Positions 1-10,518 of a stretch of 64,000 bases of DNA are shown here, piece by piece. The notes under the pieces were generated by a model. The model ran no database searches. It saw only the letters and a program-made list of their open reading frames with translations, and was not told the origin of the DNA. The DNA comes from Opitutia bacterium. GTDB taxonomy: Bacteria; Verrucomicrobiota; Verrucomicrobiia; Opitutales; Opitutaceae. A program made the position numbers and the translations under genes. Where the stretch lies: contig CANJVR010000002.1 of the NCBI GenBank assembly GCA_947478395.1, forward strand, positions 128,001 through 192,000. Reading direction: 5' to 3'. Position 1 is the first letter of the stretch. Each line of letters opens with the position of its first letter.

Positions 1-1
1 C

Positions 2-367
2 GACGAGTGGCTGAACTCAGAGTACAGCGTTACTCCGCAATCCGATCGCATGGGACTGCGTTTAAACGGACCGGCGTTGGCGCGTGGCGGCGGCGGTGAT
101 TTGCGCTCGTCGGCCGTGACGCCCGGAACGATTCAGCTCCCGCCGGATGGACAGCCGATCGTGTTGATGGCGGACGCGCAGACGATCGGTGGCTACCCGC
201 AACTCGCCCACGTGATCGACGTGGATCTGCCGTTGCTCGCCCAGCTGCGGCCGGGCGACCGCGTGAGATTTCAACGTGTGCCACTCGCAGAGGCGCACCA
301 ACTCATGAGCGCGCGCGAGCACACGTTGGCCTTGCTCCGCGAGGGCCTCGCCGAAAAATTCCGCTGA
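2..367 (+). CDS. pxpC: 5-oxoprolinase subunit C / allophanate hydrolase subunit 2 family (5' truncated by window edge)
   Basis: Frame is open from position 2; motifs [33 protein letters not shown]; directly upstream of a LamB/YcsF gene. Confidence 0.88.
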   Translation, partial: DEWLNSEYSVTPQSDRMGLRLNGPALARGGGGDLRSSAVTPGTIQLPPDGQPIVLMADAQTIGGYPQLAHVIDVDLPLLAQLRPGDRVRFQRVPLAEAHQLMSAREHTLALLREGLAEKFR

Positions 368-368
368 C

Positions 369-1097
369 GTGCGTACTTTCATCGATCTCAACTGCGACGT
401 GGGCGAGGGCGCGGGCCTCGATGCTGAGCTGATGGCGTGCGTGACGTCGGCCAATATTGCCTGCGGCGCGCACGCGGGTGACGCGGCCACGATGCGAGCG
501 ACGATGGCCTTGGCTGAGCGGTACGGTGTGGCGGCGGGGGCGCATCCGGGATTCGCCGACCGCGAGAATTTTGGGCGCGCGGAGCGAATGCTTTCGCCGC
601 GTGAGTTGCATGATTTGGTGACGCGTCAGATCGACGCGTTGCGCGCGTTCGGACCCGTGCGGCACGTGAAGCCGCACGGCGCGCTCTACAATCAGGCCGC
701 CCGAGACCGCGAAATGGCAGACGTAATCGCCGCGGCGGTGCATGCGTGCGACCCGGCGCTGATTCTTTTCGGTTTAGCCGGCAGTGAACTTATTCGCGCC
801 GGCCGTGCGCGCGGCTTGCGGGTCGCGCACGAAGTGTTTGCGGACCGCACGTACCAGCGCGACGGCTCGCTCACGCCGCGCAGCCGGGCCGATGCCTTGA
901 TTCAGGACGAGGATTCAGCCGTGGCGCAGGTTTTGCGGCTGGTGCGCGAAGGCGTCGTGCGTTCGACCGACGGCACGGACGTGAAGATCCAAGCGGACAC
1001 GGTCTGCTTGCATGGCGATGGCTTGCACGCGGTGGCGTTTGCCCGGCGGCTGCGAATTGAACTCGAGGCGGCGGGGATCGAAGTGAGGCCGGTTTAA
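369..1097 (+). CDS. pxpA: 5-oxoprolinase subunit A (LamB/YcsF family)
   Basis: [43 protein letters not shown] and TVCLHGD motifs. Confidence 0.95.
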   Translation: MRTFIDLNCDVGEGAGLDAELMACVTSANIACGAHAGDAATMRATMALAERYGVAAGAHPGFADRENFGRAERMLSPRELHDLVTRQIDALRAFGPVRHVKPHGALYNQAARDREMADVIAAAVHACDPALILFGLAGSELIRAGRARGLRVAHEVFADRTYQRDGSLTPRSRADALIQDEDSAVAQVLRLVREGVVRSTDGTDVKIQADTVCLHGDGLHAVAFARRLRIELEAAGIEVRPV

Positions 1098-1150
1098 ACG
1101 GTCCGAGCGGCCAAGCTAGAGCGGTATCACCAAAAGCGCCCACAAACGAC

Positions 1151-1220
1151 GTAGCGGCAGGCGTCCCTGCGTGCCGAAACTAATTTGCCGAAACCGGCAG
1201 GCAGGGACGCCTGCCGCTAC
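1151..1220. repeat. REP doublet (REPIN-like), family A, copy 1
   Basis: GTAGCGGCAGGCGTCCCTGCGTGCCG ... CGGCAGGCAGGGACGCCTGCCGCTAC; 70-bp inverted pair, each arm GTAG plus a hairpin; homologous copies at 21793 and 43765. Confidence 0.9.
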
Positions 1221-1251
1221 ACTAAACGGGCACGGAAAAACTTTAACCGCT

Positions 1252-2916
1252 CTAGATTTCGTAATTCGCCGGCTGAATCGTGCACGTCGTGCCGGTCGAT
1301 TCGATGGTGACGATACAAACATCGTCATCGAAATCCCGGCGCCCGGAATAAATTTCTACGGCCTGAACGAGACGGTCGGTGACTTCACTGCCTCCGAGCC
1401 CGCGGCTTTGCGTGAGATTTTCACCGAGGCGTTCAGCGCCGAAAATTTCGCCCGCGGCATTGGCGGCTTCAAACACGCCATCGGTGTAGGCCAGCAGAAA
1501 GTCGCCCGGAGCGAACGCGGTTTCGTGACGCGTGTAGGCATAGCCTTCGATCAAACCCGCCGCGGGTTCGGGATCGGCTGCGACCAGTCGCTCGATGACA
1601 TCGGATTCCGCGCGCAGGATGAGTGGCGGGGGATGGCCGGCGTTGCTGTAGAGGAGCGTGCCGTTCGCCGTGTCGATCACGCCGAAAAACGTCGTGGCAA
1701 AAACCGGCTGGCCGGTGCGCTCGAGGATCGGCGTGAGGCTATGGTTGATTTCGGCGAGAACGCGCGCGGGATTTTCGGCGCGATCGCCGAGTTCCGCCAC
1801 GACGCCGCGGATCAAGGCGGTGAGCAGTCCGGCGCGCACGCCGTGCCCCATCACGTCGCACACCAGCACGCCGCACTTCGTGTCGCTCAACTGGAGGATT
1901 TGAAAAAAATCCCCTCCCAGTGTGGTGGCGGGAATATAGCGATGTGCGAAGCGCAGGGCGCTCGCCTCGGCCGGGACACCCCGCGGGAAAATCGGATAGG
2001 ATCGCGGCAAAAACGTCTCCTGCACCTGGCGGGCCATGCGCACATCGGTTTCCATTTCCGTGGTGCGCCGCTGGAGTTCCTCGTCCGCCTGCTTACGCTG
2101 CGTGATGTCGTGGCTAATGCCGACAATGCCCGCGATCTCGCCGCGCGAATCGTGAAACGGGACTTTGGTCGTCAGTGACCACCGTACATTACCCGCTTCG
2201 CCGAAATCCGATTTCTCTTGGTTGACGATCGACGTCTCGCCGCGGAGCACCATGCGGTCGTCGATGAGCGCCTGGCGGCCGCGTTCGCCTGGAAAAAAAT
2301 CGGACGTCGTGCGACCGGCGGCTTCCTCCTGCCGCTGCACGCCGAGGACGTCGAGGTGGGCGCGATTATTGAGAATATAATGCGAGGCCGTGTCTTTGAT
2401 GTAAATGCGGGCCGGCAGGTGATCGATGATGGTTCGGAGGAGATTACGCTCCTCGGTGAGTTTTTCCTCGGCGTGTTTGGCGGCGGTGACATCGCGGGTG
2501 AGTCCGAAGGTGCCGATGATTTTGCCGGCGTCGTCGCGCCAAGCCATTTTGGTCGTCGACGCCCAGGCCTTCGTGCCGTCGCGCATCGTGAGCTTTTCGA
2601 TTTTGGCGATGATCGGCTGGCCGGTGCGGATAATCTCTTTTTCATCGGCGAGCGCGCTTTCGGCGTGGGCCCGCGAAAAGAAATCGAAATCGGTTTTTCC
2701 AATGCAGAATTCAGGCGTGGGAGCGCCGAGGAGCCGCGCTTGAGCGGCGTTGTTGCGGACGAAGCGGCTCGAGAGATCCTTGAAGTATATCCGGTCCGGG
2801 ATCGTGTCCATCAGCACCATCAGGATGGACAAGACCAGCGCTTCGCCTTGGGGCAGCGTCGCGGTGGCGATGGCCGGCCCGTCCGAAGAATTCGAGGGAG
2901 ACGCGGGGAGAAGCAA
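1252..2916 (-). CDS. PAS-PAS-SpoIIE (PP2C, RsbU-like) sensor phosphatase
   Basis: Two PAS/PAC repeats (IYFKD...GKTDFDFF...GLTRDVT; IYIKD...GISHDIT), then GGDFF, DVMGHG, NAGHPPP, YTDG and DDVC PP2C motifs; start codon uncertain. Confidence 0.92.
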   Translation of the reverse strand: MLLPASPSNSSDGPAIATATLPQGEALVLSILMVLMDTIPDRIYFKDLSSRFVRNNAAQARLLGAPTPEFCIGKTDFDFFSRAHAESALADEKEIIRTGQPIIAKIEKLTMRDGTKAWASTTKMAWRDDAGKIIGTFGLTRDVTAAKHAEEKLTEERNLLRTIIDHLPARIYIKDTASHYILNNRAHLDVLGVQRQEEAAGRTTSDFFPGERGRQALIDDRMVLRGETSIVNQEKSDFGEAGNVRWSLTTKVPFHDSRGEIAGIVGISHDITQRKQADEELQRRTTEMETDVRMARQVQETFLPRSYPIFPRGVPAEASALRFAHRYIPATTLGGDFFQILQLSDTKCGVLVCDVMGHGVRAGLLTALIRGVVAELGDRAENPARVLAEINHSLTPILERTGQPVFATTFFGVIDTANGTLLYSNAGHPPPLILRAESDVIERLVAADPEPAAGLIEGYAYTRHETAFAPGDFLLAYTDGVFEAANAAGEIFGAERLGENLTQSRGLGGSEVTDRLVQAVEIYSGRRDFDDDVCIVTIESTGTTCTIQPANYEI

Positions 2917-3040
2917 GGGAGGAGGGGGAGGATCCGAACTTAGGGCCAGAAGTTCACACCTGAATCAAGCCGAGCCATGGCCTTCGAAATCGCCGGGCCC
3001 GGATACCGAGGGGCACGCCGCGAGAGGGGGACGGATGCGC

Positions 3041-4927
3041 TCATTTTTTTTGCCGGGCGAGAATCGCTTCGATTTGATCCATGATGGAGTTCATGCGGGC
3101 GACCAAGGCGCGGTAAGGCGCGGGCGAGGCAAGGTCGACGCCCGCGCGCTTGACCAAGTCGTACGGATGATCGGATCCGCCGGCCTTGAGCAAGCCGAGG
3201 TAAGTGTCCACCGCGCCGGGATCGCCGCGCAATGTGCGTTCGGCGAAGGCCGTACCAGCGGCGATCGACGTGGCGTACTGGTAGACATAAAAATGCCGGT
3301 AGAAATGGGGGATGTAGGCCCACTCAATTGTCACGAGATCGTCGATCTTCAGCACGCCTTGCGCGTCGCCGTGATAGCGGCGCAGCAGATCGCCGTACAT
3401 TTCGCTTAGCTTCGCGCCGGAGAGCGCGCCGCCTTTTTCGACGACTTCATGAATGGCGAGTTCGAACTCAGCGAACATCGCCTGACGGAAAAACGTGCCC
3501 CGAAAATTTTCGAGCGCAGAACCGAGGTAGTACAATTTTTCGTCGTCCGTCGCTGCCACCTTCAGCATGTGATCGAGCAACAGTACTTCGTTTTGGGTCG
3601 ACGCGATCTCGGCGGTGAAGATCGAGTAGCCGGAATCGGTGGCCGGTTGCGTCGCGTTGGCCAGCAGCGAATGGACGCCGTGCCCCCATTCGTGCGCGAG
3701 GGTGGAAACTGACTCGTAGTCGTTGTTATAGTTGATGAGCACGTAGGGGTGGGCGTCGTGCACGCTGCCGTTCATGTAGGCGCCCTGGCGTTTGCCCGGC
3801 TGGGGATACAAATGCGTGTAACGGCCGGCGAGGCTGTCGGAAAAAAGCTTCACATAAGCTGCGCCGAGCGGTCCAACGGCCGCGGTGGTGAGCGCTTTTC
3901 CTGTGGCGATGGGAAACGTTTTCTCCAGCCGGACGATCGGGGGGTAGATATCCCAGTAACGCAGGTCGGTCAGGCCGAGCATGCGGGCGCGCAATTTGAA
4001 GTAGCGGTGCAGCGTGGGGAGATTGGCGTTGGTCTCGGCAATCAGGGTCCGGTAGACGGCCTCAGGAATGTTGTGGGCCCCGAGGGCCGACGCGAGGCTG
4101 CTGGAATATTTGCGGGCGCTGGCGGTGAACCAGTCGGCTTTCACTTCGGAAAAAAGGGTGACGCCGAACGTGCGCTCGTATTCGCGGAATTTCTTCCAGA
4201 ACGCCTCGAACACCGCCTGGCGGTCGGCGCGGTCCGGCGCCGCGCGCCAGCGGGTGTAGCCGGACGCATCGAGGCGCGCTTCGGTGCCGTTGGCGAGTTT
4301 GATGGTGGGCCAGGGGACGTCGGCGTTGGAGAGAATACCGTACACTTCGCTTGGAGTCTCGGTCACAAGCCCGGCGCCCGAGAGTACGTTTTCGGCCTCG
4401 GCGCCAAGCGTGTGCGGCGCGGCGCGGAGAATTTCCATGAGCGAAAAACGGTACTGGGCTAGGCGCGGCTCGGCGGTGAGAAAGCCGTGGATTTTGGCGT
4501 CACCGACGGTCAGGATTTCGGGGTTGATCCAGCTCGTGGCGCGGGAGAACTCCGTTTCGAGGAGACTGATTTCTTGGGAGTGTTCGAGATTGGCGGCGAC
4601 GCGTTTGTCTTCGTCCCCCTTGAGCGAACTATAAACGGCGAGGCGGGTGAATTGCAGGGTGAGCGTCTGGATGTAGTCCAGTGCGGTGAGGAGCGAAGGC
4701 GGGTTTTGGCCGAGCGTGCCCTCGAAGGTTTTGATTTTCGGCAGACCGGCCGCGAGCTGGTTCTTGGCGGTGGTCCACGCCGCTTCGTTGGGATAAAGGA
4801 GCGTCAAGTCCCACGTCGTGGCCGGATCGACCGCGGCGGGCGTCGCGGCCGCGGCCGCTGCGGCGCGAACCGAAGGGGTTGAAAGGGGGAGCAACGCGAG
4901 CAGAGCGGACAGCAAGCGAGATTTCAT
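3041..4927 (-). CDS. pepF: Oligoendopeptidase F (peptidase M3B) with N-terminal signal peptide
   Basis: TWDLT..YP, GKRQGAY, HPYVLINY, TLAHEWGH zinc motif, AEIAST, FYVYQYATS; ATG at 4927 gives MKSRLLSALLALL. Confidence 0.93.
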   Translation of the reverse strand: MKSRLLSALLALLPLSTPSVRAAAAAAATPAAVDPATTWDLTLLYPNEAAWTTAKNQLAAGLPKIKTFEGTLGQNPPSLLTALDYIQTLTLQFTRLAVYSSLKGDEDKRVAANLEHSQEISLLETEFSRATSWINPEILTVGDAKIHGFLTAEPRLAQYRFSLMEILRAAPHTLGAEAENVLSGAGLVTETPSEVYGILSNADVPWPTIKLANGTEARLDASGYTRWRAAPDRADRQAVFEAFWKKFREYERTFGVTLFSEVKADWFTASARKYSSSLASALGAHNIPEAVYRTLIAETNANLPTLHRYFKLRARMLGLTDLRYWDIYPPIVRLEKTFPIATGKALTTAAVGPLGAAYVKLFSDSLAGRYTHLYPQPGKRQGAYMNGSVHDAHPYVLINYNNDYESVSTLAHEWGHGVHSLLANATQPATDSGYSIFTAEIASTQNEVLLLDHMLKVAATDDEKLYYLGSALENFRGTFFRQAMFAEFELAIHEVVEKGGALSGAKLSEMYGDLLRRYHGDAQGVLKIDDLVTIEWAYIPHFYRHFYVYQYATSIAAGTAFAERTLRGDPGAVDTYLGLLKAGGSDHPYDLVKRAGVDLASPAPYRALVARMNSIMDQIEAILARQKK

Positions 4928-5000
4928 TGGTGCGCCACGGTGCGGGTTTTCACGGTGGAAACGAGGCGAAAAATATCCCGGCGCGATCTTAAGGCCGTGC

Positions 5001-5066
5001 GGGAGGGGTGCGTTCACGCACTTTTATAGCATCGGCCCGCATGTCGGGTGAGGGCACCCCGCTCAC
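5001..5066. repeat. Degenerate REP doublet, family B, copy 1
   Basis: GGGAGGGGTGCGTTCAC...ATCGGCCCGCATGTCGGGTGAGGGCACCCCGCTCAC; matches 19954-20027 in the arm and the spacer. Confidence 0.7.
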
Positions 5067-5083
5067 CGTGGGATTTCGCGGCC

Positions 5084-6187
5084 TCAGTTGTTAAAACGGA
5101 AGAGAGCCACGTCGCCGTCGGCGAAGACGTATTCCTTACCTTCGAGCCGGTATTTGCCGGCTTCGCGGGCGGAGGCCACGCTGCCGAGACGCGTGAGGTC
5201 GGCGTACGAAACGATCTCGGCCTTGATGAAACCCTTTTCGAAATCGGTGTGGATGACGCCTGCGGCCTGCGGCGCCTTCCAACCTTTTTTAATGGTCCAC
5301 GCGCGCACTTCTTTTTCTCCGGCGGTGAAGTAAGTCTGGAGCCCGAGCAAGTTGTAGGTGCCTTTGATCAGGGACGAAACGCCCGAGTCCTCGACGCCGA
5401 GATCCTTGAGAAACGCCTTGGCCTCCTCCGGCGAGAGATCGATCAATTCGGACTCGATGCGAGCGCTGATCGGCACGTAGGCAGCGTCGTGATGAGCCTT
5501 CACGAAGGCGGCGACTTTCTGGACAAACGGATTTTGCTCGGCGGTGGCGAGATCACCCTCGGCAACATTACACGCGTAGAGCACGGGCTTGGCCGTCAGA
5601 AGCTGAAAAAGTTTCAACAGCGCGGTCTCCTCGGGTGTGGCGGTCAACGTGTTCGCGGGCAGGCCCGCGTTGAGATGAGGGGTGAGGCGCTCAAGCAGCG
5701 CGATCTCGATGATGGCTTCCTTGTCGCCGGACTTGGCCTTTTTTTGAGTCTTGTCGATCCGCTTGGTCACCGCGTCGAGATCGGCGAGGATGAGCTCGGT
5801 CGTGATGACCTCGATGTCACGCACGGGATCGACGCTGCCCATGGTGTGGATGATGTCGCCGTCCTCGAAACAGCGCACGACTTGCACGATGGCGTCGACT
5901 TCGCGGATCGTGGCGAGAAATTGGTTGCCGAGGCCCTCGCCCTTGCTGGCGCCGGCGACCAGACCGGCGATATCGACGAATTCGATCGCCGCGGGAATGA
6001 CGACGCTGGTCTTGGCGATTTTCTGCAGAACGTACGCGCGTTCGTCAGGCACGACTACGACGCCGACGTTGGGCTCGATGGTGCAAAACGGATAGTTAGC
6101 GGCCTCGGCTTTGCGGGAGCGGGTGAGGGCGTTGAAAAGGGTGGACTTGCCTACGTTGGGCAGACCGACGATGCCGGCTTTGAGCAT
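5084..6187 (-). CDS. ychF: Redox-regulated ATPase YchF (Obg family)
   Basis: [59 protein letters not shown]. Confidence 0.98.
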   Translation of the reverse strand: MLKAGIVGLPNVGKSTLFNALTRSRKAEAANYPFCTIEPNVGVVVVPDERAYVLQKIAKTSVVIPAAIEFVDIAGLVAGASKGEGLGNQFLATIREVDAIVQVVRCFEDGDIIHTMGSVDPVRDIEVITTELILADLDAVTKRIDKTQKKAKSGDKEAIIEIALLERLTPHLNAGLPANTLTATPEETALLKLFQLLTAKPVLYACNVAEGDLATAEQNPFVQKVAAFVKAHHDAAYVPISARIESELIDLSPEEAKAFLKDLGVEDSGVSSLIKGTYNLLGLQTYFTAGEKEVRAWTIKKGWKAPQAAGVIHTDFEKGFIKAEIVSYADLTRLGSVASAREAGKYRLEGKEYVFADGDVALFRFNN

Positions 6188-6504
6188 AAGGCGCGGACGT
6201 TCTCAGTGCGGCCGGGAGTCGGTCAATGGAAAAGGCCGCTGGTGGTGACGTTGTGATCGAAGAGCATCACGGCCTCCGCCCATCCCGCTTAACGTCCAGC
6301 CAAATTACCGCGGCGATAATAAAATGGAGGTGATCATAAATGTAGGCTCGCGCGCTTGCGTGCTGACTTTCGATTCGGATGGGTTCTCTCATCTAAAACC
6401 CGTTAAAAAGAATCGCGGGTCCGGGACTGGGGGCTTGACAGAGCGTGCTGTGGCCGGTGTGTTTTTCCTCTTTTTAACGCAAGCACCTCTCCGAAAACAC
6501 CGTC

Positions 6505-6774
6505 ATGGCACTCAAAATCCGTCTCACCCGCATCGGCGCCGTTCACCAGCCGCATTACCGCGTCGTCGTCGCTGAAGCCCGTTCCCGCCGCGATGGCGAT
6601 CCGGTTGATTCGATCGGCACCTACGATCCCCGCGCCAAGGCCAATGGTTTTAAGGTCGATATCGCTCGGGTCGATTACTGGCTGTCCAAGGGCGCAAAGC
6701 CGACGGACACGCTGCACGCGATGATCAAGCGCGCCCGTCGGGCTGCGCCCGCCGCACCGGTTGCCGCCAGCTAA
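6505..6774 (+). CDS. rpsP: 30S ribosomal protein S16
   Basis: MALKIRLTRIG...PHYRVVVAEARSRRDG...IGTYDP...WLSKGAKPTDT. Confidence 0.97.
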   Translation: MALKIRLTRIGAVHQPHYRVVVAEARSRRDGDPVDSIGTYDPRAKANGFKVDIARVDYWLSKGAKPTDTLHAMIKRARRAAPAAPVAAS

Positions 6775-6839
6775 AGTTCGGCAGGCTTTTCCGCCACGGG
6801 CGCAAAGACGCGAAGGCAGACTTCGCCCTAAAAAAATTG

Positions 6840-6864
6840 GCCTCGGATTTTCCGGGGCTTTTTT
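6840..6864 (+). terminator. Putative intrinsic terminator between rpsP and trmD
   Basis: GCCTCGGA-TTT-TCCGGGGC stem followed by a T run. Confidence 0.65.
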
Positions 6865-6886
6865 ATTTCCAACCATCGTTACGACC

Positions 6887-7558
6887 ATGTTGCGCATCGA
6901 TGTCCTCACGCTCTTCCCGCGGATGCTCGACGGGTTTTTGACCGAGAGCATTTTGGGGAAAGGAATCGCCGCGCAACACCTGGCGGTCGCGGTGCACGAC
7001 TTGCGCGCGTGGTCGACCGACAAACATCGCACCGCGGATGACCGGCCGTTTGGCGGAGGGGCAGGGATGGTGGTGAAGCCCGAGCCGGTGTTTGCCGCGA
7101 TCGAGCAACTGCAGACCCCGGGTTGCCGGCGGATTTATCTCACGCCCGACGGAACGCCGCTTTCGCCCACACTGGCGCACGATCTTTCCCGGCAAAAGCA
7201 TCTGATATTTCTGAGCGGACACTACGAGGGCATCGATCAGCGCATCCGTGATGGTGTGATCGATCAGGAGATCAGCATTGGAGATTATGTGCTGACGAAC
7301 GGGACGTTGGCGGCGGCGGTGGCGATCGATGCGTTGGCGCGTTTTATTCCCGGCGTGCTCGGTGAGGAAAAGTCATTGACGCACGAATCCTTCACCAACA
7401 AGTTGCTCGACTTTCCTCAATACACGCGTCCCGCCGAATTCCGGGGCATGTCCGTTCCGGAGATTCTTCTCTCGGGAAATCATGTCGAAATCGAGAGGTG
7501 GCGGCACGCGCGACAGGTGGAAAAAACTCGTTTGGTCCGACCCGATTTACTCAAATAA
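6887..7558 (+). CDS. trmD: tRNA (guanine37-N1)-methyltransferase
   Basis: [48 protein letters not shown] at 6887. Confidence 0.97.
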   Translation: MLRIDVLTLFPRMLDGFLTESILGKGIAAQHLAVAVHDLRAWSTDKHRTADDRPFGGGAGMVVKPEPVFAAIEQLQTPGCRRIYLTPDGTPLSPTLAHDLSRQKHLIFLSGHYEGIDQRIRDGVIDQEISIGDYVLTNGTLAAAVAIDALARFIPGVLGEEKSLTHESFTNKLLDFPQYTRPAEFRGMSVPEILLSGNHVEIERWRHARQVEKTRLVRPDLLK

Positions 7559-7572
7559 CTCTTCTTAAAGCC

Positions 7573-7956
7573 ATGAACCCGATCATTAGCCAAATCACCG
7601 CCGAGCAGGTGAAGAAAGATATTACGCCGTTCAAAGTCGGCGACGGCGTGCGCGTGCACACCAAAGTTCGCGAGGGCGACAAGGAACGCATCCAGATTTA
7701 TTCTGGCATCGTCATCGCGCGCAAAGGGCACGGAATTCATGAATCGTTCACCGTCCGCCGTATCAGCTACGGCGAGGGCGTGGAGCGCGTATTCCCCGTG
7801 AACTCCCCGAACATCGAGAAGATCGAGGTCGAGCGCGAGTCCGAGGCGATGAAGGCGCGTCTCTATTATCTTCGCCGCCGCACCGGCAAAGCCGCCGTGG
7901 CCGTCAAGGAACGCGAGAACCGCGTCGAGACCGCCGCCCCAGCCGCCGCTCGCTAA
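7573..7956 (+). CDS. rplS: 50S ribosomal protein L19
   Basis: [47 protein letters not shown] at 7573. Confidence 0.97.
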   Translation: MNPIISQITAEQVKKDITPFKVGDGVRVHTKVREGDKERIQIYSGIVIARKGHGIHESFTVRRISYGEGVERVFPVNSPNIEKIEVERESEAMKARLYYLRRRTGKAAVAVKERENRVETAAPAAAR

Positions 7957-7996
7957 TACGAGGCGTTCATCGGAGCGGTGCGCTCACTTTTACCCT

Positions 7997-8025
7997 AAGC
8001 GAGCCTCTCAAGGCTCGCTTTTTTT
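7997..8025 (+). terminator. Intrinsic terminator after rplS
   Basis: AAGCGAGCCT-CTCA-AGGCTCGCTT stem plus T tract. Confidence 0.85.
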
Positions 8026-8087
8026 GTGCCCAAAAAATCAATTATTCCGGCCGGTCGTTTCCGTTTTTCCAGAAATTTAGCTATAAC

Positions 8088-10079
8088 ATGACTCTGCAAA
8101 CTCTCCTTCTCGCCAAAGCGGCCAACCAAGCTCGTGGTCTCGCGATCGACGCGGTGCACGCTTCGTCCTCCGGCCATCTCGGTCTCCCGCTCGGCTGCGC
8201 CGAGATCGGCGCCGTCCTCTACGGCCACGCGCTCGCGCACAATCCCGAGCGCCCCCGTTGGCTCAACCGCGACCGTTTCGTACTTTCCGCCGGCCACGGC
8301 TCGATGTTTCTCTACAGCTGGCTTCACCTCAGCGGCTACGATCTGCCAATCGAGGAGGTGAAACGTTTCCGTCAGCTGCACAGCAAGACTCCCGGCCACC
8401 CGGAATTTCACGACACACCCGGGGTCGAATGCACCACCGGTCCGCTCGGCCAAGGGATCGGCAACGCCGTCGGTATGGCCATGGCCGGCAAGATGGCCGC
8501 CGCCCGCTTCAACACCGCCGAGCACGAGTTGTTCGACTATCATGTCGTTTGTCTCGCTGGCGACGGCTGCATGCAGGAAGGCGTGGCGATGGAGGCGGTC
8601 GCGTTCGCCGGTCACCAGAAACTCGACAACCTGATTCTCATCTACGATTCGAACGACGTCACACTCGACGCGATGGCGAGCAAGACGCAGAGCGAAAGCG
8701 CCGCCCAGCGTTTTAAGGCCATCGAGTGGGACGTGCAGACGATCGACGGTCACGACCTCGCCGCGATCCTCAAGGCTTTCAACCGCGCCAAGCGCTCGAA
8801 GTCCGGCAAACCCCAGCTCATCATCGCCAAGACGATCATCGGCAAGGGCATTGCTGAGGTGCAGGGCACCGCGAAGGGCCACGGCGAGGGTGGGGCGAAA
8901 TTCTCCGACAGCGCCCGCGCGTCGCTTGGCCTGCCGGCGGATCAGCACTTCTTCGTCAGCGACGACGTTCGCGCCTATTTCGCCGGCCACAAAGCCCGGC
9001 TCATGCGCGTCTGTAATCGTTGGCACAAAATGCTCAAAGCCTGGCGCGCCGCGAATCCGGACAAGTCCGTGCTGCTCGATTCTGCCAGCGCGCACCCGAG
9101 CGCCGCGCATCTGCTGGAGAAAATTCCGCTCTTCGCGCCCGACGTGAAATTGGGTGGTACCCGCGCGGCTGGTCGCGACGTGCTTCAGCCGCTCGCGGCC
9201 GAACTTCCGTTGCTCATCGGCGGCAGTGCCGATCTTTATGGCTCGACGCTCAACCTGATCGCGAATGCGGCCGACTTCGATCCGGCCAACCGCAGTGGTC
9301 GCAACATTCGCTTCGGCATTCGCGAACACGGTATGGCGGCCATCGCCAACGGCGTGGCGTACGACGGACTTTTCCGTCCGAGCATCGCGACGTTCCTTGT
9401 ATTCGCCGACTACTCGAGACCCGCGATGCGGCTGGCCGCGCTGTCGAAGCTGCCGGTGATTTATATCTACACGCACGATTCGATCGGAGTTGGGGAGGAC
9501 GGACCGACGCACCAGCCGGTGGAAACTATTTCCGCGCTGCGGCTCATTCCGAATCTCGATGTGATCCGTCCGGGCGATCCCGAGGAAACCGCCGGCGCCT
9601 ACGCGGCGGCCCTCGAGCGCTCCGATGGCCCGACGTTGATCGCGCTTTCGCGCCAGGCGGTGCCGGTCCTCAACGAAATTCCACCGCACATTCGTCGGGC
9701 TGGAGTTTTGAAGGGCGGATATGTCGCGTTGCAGGAAACGGCTCCACTCACGCATCTTCTCATTGCGACCGGCAGCGAACTGCATCTCGCGCTCGCCGCG
9801 GCCAAGGAACTCGGCGTCGGCACGCGCGTCGTTTCAATGCCGTCGTTCGAGCGTTTCGATCGGCAAACCGCGGAGTATCGCGAAAGCATCCTTCCGCCGT
9901 CCTGCCGCGCCCGTGTCGCGGTCGAGGCGGGCGTGTCGGATCTCTGGCGAAAATACGTCGGACTCGAGGGCAAAGTTGTCGGCATTGATCGCTTCGGCAT
10001 CAGCGCGCCGGCGCCGCTCGTGTATAAGGAACTCGGCATCACCACCGAGGCTATCATCGCTGCCGCGCGTTCGTTGTAA
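8088..10079 (+). CDS. tkt: Transketolase
   Basis: [56 protein letters not shown]. Confidence 0.98.
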   Translation: MTLQTLLLAKAANQARGLAIDAVHASSSGHLGLPLGCAEIGAVLYGHALAHNPERPRWLNRDRFVLSAGHGSMFLYSWLHLSGYDLPIEEVKRFRQLHSKTPGHPEFHDTPGVECTTGPLGQGIGNAVGMAMAGKMAAARFNTAEHELFDYHVVCLAGDGCMQEGVAMEAVAFAGHQKLDNLILIYDSNDVTLDAMASKTQSESAAQRFKAIEWDVQTIDGHDLAAILKAFNRAKRSKSGKPQLIIAKTIIGKGIAEVQGTAKGHGEGGAKFSDSARASLGLPADQHFFVSDDVRAYFAGHKARLMRVCNRWHKMLKAWRAANPDKSVLLDSASAHPSAAHLLEKIPLFAPDVKLGGTRAAGRDVLQPLAAELPLLIGGSADLYGSTLNLIANAADFDPANRSGRNIRFGIREHGMAAIANGVAYDGLFRPSIATFLVFADYSRPAMRLAALSKLPVIYIYTHDSIGVGEDGPTHQPVETISALRLIPNLDVIRPGDPEETAGAYAAALERSDGPTLIALSRQAVPVLNEIPPHIRRAGVLKGGYVALQETAPLTHLLIATGSELHLALAAAKELGVGTRVVSMPSFERFDRQTAEYRESILPPSCRARVAVEAGVSDLWRKYVGLEGKVVGIDRFGISAPAPLVYKELGITTEAIIAAARSL

Positions 10080-10104
10080 CCAGGCAACGGCGTCATCGTT
10101 TTCA

Positions 10105-10132
10105 GCCCGCTCCGTCGCGAGCGGGCTTTTTT
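10105..10132 (+). terminator. Intrinsic terminator after tkt
   Basis: GCCCGCTC-CGTCGC-GAGCGGGC stem plus TTTTTT. Confidence 0.85.
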
Positions 10133-10465
10133 GTGGGCTGCAATGATTCGATCGACCGGGGTGGCCGTAGGATGCGACGTCGGTTCTCTCTTTCAATGCG
10201 GGCAACTCTACTCGGAAGAGATTTTGTAAAAACCCGTTTGGGTGATCTACGAAGCGGGTAAGCCTCGGATTGAGCCCTCTTTCGAAGCGGGCTTTGGCCC
10301 TGAGTTCTTTCGTACGGGGGCCAAACGGGCAGAGAGTGCGGCGTTTTTTTCGTGGCTCCATGCTCGATTCTTACCCGGCGATATTGACGGCCGCTTGGGG
10401 TTTTTGCCGCGGGCACGGAAAGCTCGCAGATATTTTAGGAATTACTGCAGGCCTCACTTGCTTTT

Positions 10466-10485
10466 ATGGTTAGCTGCCTAACTAT
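10466..10485. promoter_or_regulatory. Putative MarR operator (palindrome) overlapping the promoter region
   Basis: ATGGTTAG-CTGC-CTAACTAT near-perfect dyad ending 33 bp upstream of the MarR ATG, just after a TTGCTT -35-like hexamer. Confidence 0.65.
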
Positions 10486-10518
10486 CAGCTTCCTCACTGT
10501 TACCTCGCCGCTCGCAAG

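Noticed and set aside
2940..3323. 127-aa minus-strand ORF overlapping the pepF 3' end
   Set aside because: Alternative frame of pepF with an Arg-rich, non-protein-like composition
7995..9785. Long antisense ORFs (596 aa opposite tkt; also opposite ychF, the RND permease, TolC, gcvP and the TBDR)
   Set aside because: Shadow ORFs expected from high-GC codon bias; they mirror well-supported genes and show no motifs
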